Source: an uncultured bacterium (GTDB lineage Bacteria > UBP7 > UBA6624). From it: a stretch of DNA of 27,526 bases. Shown in pieces: positions 19,209 to 26,574 of the stretch. The first letter of the stretch is position 1, and the number at the start of each line of letters is the position of its first letter. The DNA lies in NCBI GenBank assembly GCA_964012435.1, contig CAXGSM010000016.1, forward strand, positions 1 to 27,526, in the 5' to 3' direction. The notes below the pieces were generated by a model that saw nothing but the letters and a program-made list of their open reading frames with translations, was not told the DNA's origin and did not search any database. The position numbers were made by a program, and so were the translations under genes.

Positions 19209-19977
19209 AAACACCTGGAAATCTTCGAATCTGATCCAGCGTAAAGACAGGTCCTTCTTTCCAGATGTTAGTAGTTCCGTAAAGATCTTTATTGGACCAA
19301 CCCATTCCCGAAACAAAATTTCGATTGAAAAGGATTTGTATACTTTTATCCTTAATAGCTGTTTTCTCCAAAACCCTGGATACGGATTGCTGAAAATCCT
19401 CATTACCTGCCAAGGCAACTGCGTTGATGCCAGATATATATTCTGACTTTATAGAAGATTTAACAAATGCATCCAAATCTTGTGGGCCTTTTTTTGTCAT
19501 ATCAACAATATCGCCATTAATGGGTGAGTCTGGAGAGACAGCTTTATTGAGCGACGAACCCATAAATATATCTTTTGGAAAAGAAGTAAAGTGAAGCAGG
19601 TTAATTTGATTGCCATTTTGTAACAAATCATTGATGAGCTTCTTTTGGCTTAATATTGCATCATCCTGGCTGATCAATAACACGTTTCTTTCATTCAGCA
19701 AAGAAAAACCGTTTCCAAATGGACCTCTAATGGTTATGCATTCATTAGGTGGTAAAAGCATAATCTTATGCGTCACAGCATTATTATCTAAAAAAGAAAC
19801 AGTAACATTTTTTTTGTCCGAATCTGTTACCCAGGCAGTTGTTTCCCCTCTTCCAAAAGTTCCTATTTTAAAAACCTGTCCTGCATTTAAGTCTCCACTG
19901 AATTCAAACGAAACTGACCCTACGATACCTTCTCTTTCGGTCTTTTTAATGTTTGCTATTGTTGGTACTAAATTCAT
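19201..19977 (-). CDS. FlxA/AsrB/PyrK-like FAD/NAD-binding oxidoreductase homolog, degenerate ([2Fe-2S] motif lost)
   Basis: AGQVF...GRGE, IRGPFGNGF and C-terminal EGPVF anchors. The canonical ERRMxCGxGxCGxC...VCxDGPVF reads NRNFVSGMGWSNKD...IWKEGPVF. One Cys in the whole protein. Confidence 0.8.
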   Translation of the reverse strand: MNLVPTIANIKKTEREGIVGSVSFEFSGDLNAGQVFKIGTFGRGETTAWVTDSDKKNVTVSFLDNNAVTHKIMLLPPNECITIRGPFGNGFSLLNERNVLLISQDDAILSQKKLINDLLQNGNQINLLHFTSFPKDIFMGSSLNKAVSPDSPINGDIVDMTKKGPQDLDAFVKSSIKSEYISGINAVALAGNEDFQQSVSRVLEKTAIKDKSIQILFNRNFVSGMGWSNKDLYGTTNIWKEGPVFTLDQIRRFPGVFI

Positions 19978-20996
19978 AATCCAAAATCCACATTAGAGAT
20001 AATTTTTCTCAAATCATGCTTTGTAGTCATTCCTGCAACGCACCTGTGCGCTCCCGAACAGCCAAGAAAACCATGTCTTTTTGGGAAGAAATGAAACATT
20101 TCCAATATCCAATCCTTAAATTTTTCCTTAAGGCTTGGCTTGTAATCATAACCATTTGCCAATGTTGAAAAGTCTGGAGAATACATTGTTGTCCAGGTTT
20201 TATACCTCGTACCCTTGTTGCCGCTATTAACATCAACGATCTTAAAATAAGTTCCTGAGTAAAAATATCTAGTGGCTACTGAATCGGCAATAACGCCTAA
20301 ATAAATCTCATCCCAGTATGGTAATGTGTAAATTTCACTATCAGTAAAATCCTGCCAACGATTTAAATTTAAATCAAAATTTGTTTTTCCCTGACTTTTC
20401 TTTTGAATATCCCATGCTTCATTTCGAACAATATCATCGGCATCGTTAAAGTGTTCCGAGATTAAGCTGTTACCTTTTTCTGAAAGTGTTTCGACATAAT
20501 AACTTCTGCCTATATCTGTTAATAGGATATCAGAACCATTCTTGGGAAAAAGATCAACCCCTACAGATTCTGCAAAACAACAAGGAGGTGGGTTATGGTA
20601 ACCCAAACAAATATTTATTGTGTTCTTGCGTTTAGCTTCATACCTTTGATCGACTTGGTCTTTTAGCAAATAAGCATCAAGGATCTCAAGCCCCCTGATG
20701 TCTGGTGGCCTTAGACCAAATACAACTCTAGGAGTTGAATCAGGCTCAATCTCTTCAATGGCCACCTTGCCTCTTCCTTGTATCTCATAGTTGCATATGG
20801 CTTCTTGTTGTGGGCAAAAAATATATTTAGGACAATCCAAACTATTTGTAAAATCAGTTGCAACATTTTCTCCCTTTGGATTTTTTAAATAGCTTACAGC
20901 ACCCTTTGAACCAACAGGTGCCCATAATTCATTTCGTGTTCGGATATCCTCTAACCAATATTTCAATTTAGCTTTTGACAAAATATAGTCACTCAT
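19974..20996 (-). CDS. FlxB/AsrA/sulfhydrogenase-beta-like 4Fe-4S dicluster protein homolog, degenerate
   Basis: LWAPV, PKYIFCPQQE, FGLRPPD (canonical FGxRPCD), DQRYEAKRKNT, DILLTDIG...VETLSEKG and YWDE anchors; no complete CxxCxxCxxxC motif. Confidence 0.8.
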   Translation of the reverse strand: MSDYILSKAKLKYWLEDIRTRNELWAPVGSKGAVSYLKNPKGENVATDFTNSLDCPKYIFCPQQEAICNYEIQGRGKVAIEEIEPDSTPRVVFGLRPPDIRGLEILDAYLLKDQVDQRYEAKRKNTINICLGYHNPPPCCFAESVGVDLFPKNGSDILLTDIGRSYYVETLSEKGNSLISEHFNDADDIVRNEAWDIQKKSQGKTNFDLNLNRWQDFTDSEIYTLPYWDEIYLGVIADSVATRYFYSGTYFKIVDVNSGNKGTRYKTWTTMYSPDFSTLANGYDYKPSLKEKFKDWILEMFHFFPKRHGFLGCSGAHRCVAGMTTKHDLRKIISNVDFGL

Positions 20997-20999
20997 GGC

Positions 21000-21893
21000 T
21001 TATATGTTTTCCTTTTTCAACAATGGATTTGGCCCTTCTCCGCCTGGCCTGTAATTGAAACTCTTCCTAAACTCTCTAGCAGCCCAAGCCCGAATCGTCG
21101 AAAGTGGTATCTGGTTGAAATCTTCTGTGAGATCTGAAAGATCAAAACCAGAAGCTCGACCCATGGATTGATAAACCCAGGAAAGATGTTCGTAAAAAAG
21201 CTCACTGGAGCTATATGCAGATTTGATATATTTAAATTTTTCCAAATGATCTCCACCTGCATAAGTGGAAGGAAATAAATTTTTATTATGGTCTGAATGT
21301 TTATGCTTTTCAAAATAGCTCATCCAGTATAGTCTTCTTTCATGGTGGCTCATTTGCTCCAACCTTTCAACACTTGTACGACTCAATGAAGGCTTCTGTA
21401 ATTTTCCAGCCTTCCCAAGGTCGTTCATCCATCTTGGTTCAACAAGGATATCGTAATCTTCTGGTTCCTCATAAAGGTCATGGAGTGCCCACTCCCACAA
21501 AGCTTCTGGGTGCTCATTGACTGAAAGTGTATTCTCGTTTTCCCTATTAACGTTCAATTTCCTGGCGTCTAATATTCCTGGAAATTTAACGCCAATAATA
21601 TGTAGGTTTTTACGATTCACCAAACCGTCTTTTTCAAGCTCCTTGATGGATCTTACAGTTGCTGGAGTAGCAACTATACCGACATTTCCAGTAATTCCTG
21701 GAAGATAAACGGACAGATTGATTGATGAAAAACTATTAAAAACAATTCTTTGAGCGTCATCTGGAGTAAAAGCAAAACAAGGAGCAGTTGTGCCTGGATA
21801 GGGTCCTACTTCATAACCTATTACCACGCTAACCTTATTTAACTGCAAAAGCCTTCTGGCTTCTCGTTGAATCGTTATCCTCATCTCATTCAT
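21000..21893 (-). CDS. FlxC/FdhB-like ferredoxin-domain subunit homolog, degenerate
   Basis: ARRLL...VSVVIGYE, NLSVYL, VGIVA, LHIIGV, YDILV, ERRLYW, MGR...IPL and FNYRPG anchors of FlxC-like proteins; one Cys in 297 aa. Confidence 0.75.
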   Translation of the reverse strand: MNEMRITIQREARRLLQLNKVSVVIGYEVGPYPGTTAPCFAFTPDDAQRIVFNSFSSINLSVYLPGITGNVGIVATPATVRSIKELEKDGLVNRKNLHIIGVKFPGILDARKLNVNRENENTLSVNEHPEALWEWALHDLYEEPEDYDILVEPRWMNDLGKAGKLQKPSLSRTSVERLEQMSHHERRLYWMSYFEKHKHSDHNKNLFPSTYAGGDHLEKFKYIKSAYSSSELFYEHLSWVYQSMGRASGFDLSDLTEDFNQIPLSTIRAWAAREFRKSFNYRPGGEGPNPLLKKENI

Positions 21894-21896
21894 ATT

Positions 21897-24218
21897 TCAA
21901 ATACCTAAAGGGCCCAGATTAGAGACAGCATTGTGAAACTTGTGTAGCTGATCAGCAACCTCGTCAATTTGATGAGAGTCCACAAATAAAATCTTAACTC
22001 TATCTGGCTCAATTCCGCCAGCGTCAAGAACCCCCTCTAAAGCTTTAAATCGTCTTTTTGCAAGATAATTATCATTATGGAACTTTCCCTTACCCAATGG
22101 ACCGCCAATGATAAAAACACCATCAGCGCCGTTAAAGAAACTTTTAAGGACAAGCAGTGGGTCTAGATGCGCTGTTGAGCGCACTCTCAAAAATCGAAAA
22201 CAAGGTGAATAAGAAACCTCCTCTCTTCCAAGTGTCTCTAAAAGCGGGTAGCCACCATATTGTGATGCAAAACCTGTTATCTTTGGTTCCCAGTTACCGT
22301 TATTGGATCCTGTCCAAATGTTTTCGATTTCAGCAATTGATTTAGACAACTCCCATCCAGCAAGCTCAATATTTCTTGTTGGTGAGGCTGGTATAGATGC
22401 ACCACTTTCAGTTTTGCCAAAAACATTATTTAACCTTGTATAGTTCATACCGCTTTCATCATTTGTTTGAAAACTCTCTGGCGCAACCTCTTTTGCTGGG
22501 GCGTCAAACCTTGCAAGTTGATCATCTTTTTGCTTCAACCTGTAAGGCTCACTGGTTTTTTGAGCCAATACAGCCATGGCTTTAGCAACTGCTGATTCAG
22601 CTGTCAAAACAGCAGCTCTAATATCCCCAGGAGATGCACAATCTCCACAAACAAACACTCCTGAATTGCTGGTTGCACATGGCTCTAAAGAAGGGTGGGT
22701 TTCCGCAAGAAAACCGGTTTCGTCACGGCCTATATCAACAATGCCTGATAAATGTTTTGCGTCATTGTGAGCAATAACCTCTGGCGCCAAGATGACTCGG
22801 TCAACTGGTAACTTCTGTTCTTGACCCTGTATCAAATTGTGCAAACTAACAGAAAGGCCATTTGATCTGGAGGTAATATTGGAAACAGCACCCCTGATCA
22901 TCTGTACTTGATATTTTTCTTCAGCGGTCTTGATAAATTCCTCATAGCCTTTCGTTCTTGACCTTCTGTCAGAATAAACAATTGTGGTTTGTGCTTTTCC
23001 GTTAGACATTTTTTTAGCGAAAATCGCCTGTTTAACACAGGTCATCAAGGGGACCTCAGAAGCATAGGCAACACCATTTTTGGGATCATTGCTACCAGCA
23101 TCTGCAACCCACAATAACGATATTTCTTGATCTTTTTCAAGATTAAAATGTTCAAAAGAAGCAGCACTATGAACCTTGTCGCTATTGCCAGCAGCTAGGT
23201 TGGTCAAACCAGATAGATCCATCATTCCCGCTCCAAAAGCCATAATTACAGCACCTGCTTTTTCATGAACAATTTTTTCTTTTTCATCCTGGTTGACGGT
23301 TCCATCTGGAACAAGTGTGATCAACTTCTTAACATCTGGATGGTTTATGTTTTCTGGGTCTATTAAGAACAATGGGGGGACACAGCCTGCGTATGGCTGA
23401 TAAAGAACTTTGGCTTTCGTCCTTCCATTAGTGTATTTATTTGGGAAATCTGTTGTTAATGATTCTTGAATCTTATCGAAATCTGCAATTTTTTGGCTTT
23501 GGACAAATCTTGGCTTTCTGACCACCTCAACATCAAAATCACCGCGAACACCGTCTATCGATTTAACTTCCGAATAGTCGTAAATAACTATATTTTCATG
23601 CTGATGGCAGCTGATCGAAAGATTTCTCATGAGGTCATCTGCTTCCTCTAATTTTGGCCAAAGATTCTTGAGTGAGGCAACTTTGCCGCCTAATGCGGGA
23701 GCTTTTTCAACCAAAACAACGCTATAACCAGCATCCGCAATCCTGAGAGAAGCGGTCATCCCTGCAACACCACCACCAACAACCAGAACCTGTTGCTCAA
23801 CCCTCATTGGTGTTTTCTCTAGTGGTTTGCTTTGTTCGACCTTGATAACTGCTGTTTTTAACAACTGAAATGCTTTTTCATTAGCCTTTTCAGGTTCTTC
23901 TGAATGCACATTAGCAACCATCTCCTTTAAATTGACAACTTCTAGGAGATACTCATTTACACCAGCTTGATTTAAAGTTTTTCTGATATTTTCCTCTCTT
24001 TGGTCGATGGAGCCACAACCGATAACAACATATCCAACATCTTTACTTTTTATCTCTTGGGACATTGCCTCCAAACCCTCGACAGTGTTAAGGTCCTCAT
24101 GTATAAAAACATGACTTATTTCCTGCACTTCCTCAACTAGCCTATCAGCTATGGATTGCAGGTTAAGTGGGTCCAAACCCTCTCCCTCTTTGCTAAGAAA
24201 AACACCTATTCGTGCCAT
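21897..24218 (-). CDS. hdrA: HdrA-MvhD(FlxD) fusion homolog; FAD motifs retained, Fe-S ligands lost
   Basis: RIGVF, AGVNEYLLEVVNLKE, VLVVGGGVAGMTASL...LVEK...LGG, KPRFV, KGYEEF, IRG, ETHPSLEP...GVFVCG...PGDI; C-terminal MvhD domain EPKITGF...DPLLVLKSFFNGADGV...NYLAKRRF...GIEPDR...LGP. Only 8 Cys in 773 aa. Confidence 0.88.
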   Translation of the reverse strand: MARIGVFLSKEGEGLDPLNLQSIADRLVEEVQEISHVFIHEDLNTVEGLEAMSQEIKSKDVGYVVIGCGSIDQREENIRKTLNQAGVNEYLLEVVNLKEMVANVHSEEPEKANEKAFQLLKTAVIKVEQSKPLEKTPMRVEQQVLVVGGGVAGMTASLRIADAGYSVVLVEKAPALGGKVASLKNLWPKLEEADDLMRNLSISCHQHENIVIYDYSEVKSIDGVRGDFDVEVVRKPRFVQSQKIADFDKIQESLTTDFPNKYTNGRTKAKVLYQPYAGCVPPLFLIDPENINHPDVKKLITLVPDGTVNQDEKEKIVHEKAGAVIMAFGAGMMDLSGLTNLAAGNSDKVHSAASFEHFNLEKDQEISLLWVADAGSNDPKNGVAYASEVPLMTCVKQAIFAKKMSNGKAQTTIVYSDRRSRTKGYEEFIKTAEEKYQVQMIRGAVSNITSRSNGLSVSLHNLIQGQEQKLPVDRVILAPEVIAHNDAKHLSGIVDIGRDETGFLAETHPSLEPCATSNSGVFVCGDCASPGDIRAAVLTAESAVAKAMAVLAQKTSEPYRLKQKDDQLARFDAPAKEVAPESFQTNDESGMNYTRLNNVFGKTESGASIPASPTRNIELAGWELSKSIAEIENIWTGSNNGNWEPKITGFASQYGGYPLLETLGREEVSYSPCFRFLRVRSTAHLDPLLVLKSFFNGADGVFIIGGPLGKGKFHNDNYLAKRRFKALEGVLDAGGIEPDRVKILFVDSHQIDEVADQLHKFHNAVSNLGPLGI

Positions 24219-24287
24219 AATTTTTCCTCCATTTCTACAAATCTACAACTTTTTAATTCTATTTAAAAACCTTGATTAATTTCAGAT
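24219..24287 (-). promoter_or_regulatory. Putative promoter and ribosome-binding site of the Hdr/Flx-like operon
   Basis: On the minus strand: CTGAAA-N18-TAGAAT (-10 at 24256-24261), tandem TTGTAGA repeats (24234-24248), and GGAGG 7 nt before the ATG. Confidence 0.5.
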
Positions 24288-24998
24288 TTAATCCTCGTTT
24301 GCCTTGACTATGAAAATACTGAAATAAAACAACAAAATTAATGGTATAGCGATAATAATCTGTGTAACAACATCTGGAGGTGTTATAAAACCAGACAATA
24401 TCAGCAGTCCGACGATCGCATGTGGGCCTTTTTCTCTTACTGTATGAGAGTCGATTAAACCAAATCTAGCTAAAACACCCATCACTATTGGTAGCTGGAA
24501 CGCAGCTACGGAAGCAATTAACATAGATTGCACAAAAATAAACCAATATTGCAATGTCCATGTTGCCTGTAGGTTGTTGTTTGTTGTTGCTTTGAGCAAA
24601 AATTCAATTGATATTGGTATTAAAACCTGCCAAGCAAAAAAAGCTCCCAGTATTGCAATTAAAAAACTTGGGATTACAAAGGTTTGAAGAATCTTTTTTT
24701 CATTTTGCCTTAATGCCGGCCAGGCAAATAAGGCAACTTCCCTGACAATCAAAGGTGTTGCTACAATCAATCCGCACATCAATACAAGCTTGATTGGTAT
24801 AAGAAATCCTTCTTGCGGTGATAAAACATTTAATGCGCTAATTCCGACGTTTTTTAATGGTTCCTGAAACGCAATCAATAACTCTTTATGAAAAAAAGAC
24901 AACAGAACAGAGGCAAAAAAACAATAAAGAAGACTGTTTAAAAGGGTTTTTTGCAGGTCTGCAAAATGCTCAGATAGAGGCATTTTTTTGTCTTGCAT
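24288..24998 (-). CDS. tatC: Twin-arginine translocase subunit TatC
   Basis: MPLSEHFADL, LSPQEGF...KL, FAWPALRQNEKK, FQLPIV and ITPPDVVTQ motifs; six hydrophobic segments. Confidence 0.95.
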   Translation of the reverse strand: MQDKKMPLSEHFADLQKTLLNSLLYCFFASVLLSFFHKELLIAFQEPLKNVGISALNVLSPQEGFLIPIKLVLMCGLIVATPLIVREVALFAWPALRQNEKKILQTFVIPSFLIAILGAFFAWQVLIPISIEFLLKATTNNNLQATWTLQYWFIFVQSMLIASVAAFQLPIVMGVLARFGLIDSHTVREKGPHAIVGLLILSGFITPPDVVTQIIIAIPLILLFYFSIFIVKANED

Positions 24999-25007
24999 AT
25001 AGTGACC

Positions 25008-25187
25008 TTACTCTTCTTTATCTTTTTTTATTTCTTTGCCCTCTTCAAGTCCTTTTTTGAATTCACCGCTAGTTCTTCCTAGAGACCTTGCGAATTCTGT
25101 AACTTTTTTGGGTCCAAAAAGAACCAAAACAACAATTGCAATTAAAGCAATTTCTGTTGGTCCTAAAGCAAAAATAAATCCAAACAT
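25008..25187 (-). CDS. tatA: Twin-arginine translocase subunit TatA
   Basis: LGPTEIALIAIVVLVLFGPKKVTEFARSLGRTSGEFKKG; AAGGAG upstream of ATG 25187 gives a 59-aa protein. Confidence 0.93.
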   Translation of the reverse strand: MFGFIFALGPTEIALIAIVVLVLFGPKKVTEFARSLGRTSGEFKKGLEEGKEIKKDKEE

Positions 25188-25197
25188 TGTTTTCTCC

Positions 25198-26574
25198 TTA
25201 GGTATGAATTGCACCATGACCAGAAGCCTCAAGAGCGGCTTCCTTTAATGCCTCAGAAAGTGTTGGATGTGCGTGAATAAACACACCTATATCCTCAGCA
25301 GTGCCACAAAAACCCATCACCATTGCTGCTTCAGATATCAACTCTGAAGCCTTGGGTCCTAATATATGCACCCCTAGAACTTTATCGGTTTTTAAGTCTG
25401 CTAAGACTTTAACGAAGCCCTCGGTGCAGCCAATAGCCATAGCCCTTCCGGATGCAGAAAACGGAAACATACCTGTTTTGAATTCTACGTTGGCTTCTTT
25501 AAGTTCATCTGCGGTCCTTCCAATTGAAGCGCCTTCCGGATGTGTATAAACCACAGATGGAATCAAACTGTAATCAAATACCGTTTGCTTCCCAGCAATT
25601 CTTTCCGCAACCACAACTCCTTCTTCACTTGCTTTATGTGCAAGCATTGGCCCAGGAACCAAATCACCTATAGCATAAATGCCCGCTATTGATGTTTCCA
25701 GGTTTTGGTTCACGGAGACAAAACCCCTGTTATCCATGTTAACGCCCAAAGCATTCAGGTTTATTCCCCCTGCATTGGGTCTACGGCCTACAGCAACAAG
25801 CACCTGGCTGGCCTCTTGAGTGCTTGTTTTTTTACCTTTTTCTAAATTTAAAATAATTTTATTTTTTATTTTTTTACAACCAGTTACTTTCGTTGATGTT
25901 TTAAATTTGATGCCTTGCTTTTTTAATGATTTTTGTAATTGCTTACTTATGTCTATGTCCATTAATGGAACAATTCGATCCATCATTTCAATTACCGTAA
26001 CCTCGGTTCCAATTCGACTATAAACACTCGCCATTTCCAGACCTATATAACCGCCGCCGACCACAATAAGACTGTTTGGTATGTCTGGCTGATCAAGAGC
26101 TTCGGTTGAACTGATAACCTGTTTTCCATCAAATGGCAAGAAAGGGATTTCTATGGGTGTGGAACCAGTAGCCAAAACAACATTTTTAGTTGCAAGATTA
26201 TTTCTACCGACAATTACTGTATGACATGATTTCACATCCGCAAAACCTGGATAATAGTCAATTTTGGCTTTTTTCAAAAGAAATTCAACGCCACCTGTTA
26301 ATTGTTGGACGATCTTTTCTCTTCTGGACTGTAGGGTGGACCAATTAATACTGGCTTGATTGGCCTCTATTCCATGTTCATTTCCTGGTGAGATTTCAGA
26401 AAAAATTTCTGTTGAATCCAGTAAAGCTTTAGATGGTATGCAGCCCACGTTTAAACAGGTTCCGCCTGCTTTTTTCTTTTCAACAACAGCAACTTTTAAA
26501 CCAAGTTGTGCTGCTCTTAAGGCGCATACGTAACCGCCTGGGCCAGCACCAATCACGACCAAATCGTATTTCAT
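25198..26574 (-). CDS. lpdA: Dihydrolipoyl dehydrogenase (E3)
   Basis: YDLVVIGAGPGG, GGTCLNVGCIPSK (redox disulfide), GGGYIGLE, MLAHKA and HAHPTLSE; ATG 26574 overlaps the E2 stop (ATGA). Confidence 0.97.
   Translation of the reverse strand: MKYDLVVIGAGPGGYVCALRAAQLGLKVAVVEKKKAGGTCLNVGCIPSKALLDSTEIFSEISPGNEHGIEANQASINWSTLQSRREKIVQQLTGGVEFLLKKAKIDYYPGFADVKSCHTVIVGRNNLATKNVVLATGSTPIEIPFLPFDGKQVISSTEALDQPDIPNSLIVVGGGYIGLEMASVYSRIGTEVTVIEMMDRIVPLMDIDISKQLQKSLKKQGIKFKTSTKVTGCKKIKNKIILNLEKGKKTSTQEASQVLVAVGRRPNAGGINLNALGVNMDNRGFVSVNQNLETSIAGIYAIGDLVPGPMLAHKASEEGVVVAERIAGKQTVFDYSLIPSVVYTHPEGASIGRTADELKEANVEFKTGMFPFSASGRAMAIGCTEGFVKVLADLKTDKVLGVHILGPKASELISEAAMVMGFCGTAEDIGVFIHAHPTLSEALKEAALEASGHGAIHT

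Noticed and set aside
21840..21893. ARRLL near the N-terminus of the FlxC-like protein as a Tat signal, given nearby tatAC
   Set aside because: No proper hydrophobic h-region or cleavage site follows, and the segment matches the normal first helix of this cytoplasmic family.
19201..24218. Missing cysteines explained by codon reassignment or selenocysteine
   Set aside because: Former Cys positions carry many different codons (Ser, His, Asn, Phe, Ala, Gly, Asp, Pro and others) and no in-frame TGA; Cys is encoded normally at conserved sites in lpdA (CLNVGC) and hutU (RICWL).
19201..24218. Calling the Hdr/Flx-like genes ordinary pseudogenes
   Set aside because: No stops, frameshifts or truncations over 5 kb; lengths, coupling and RBS are preserved, and the loss is targeted at cofactor ligands.
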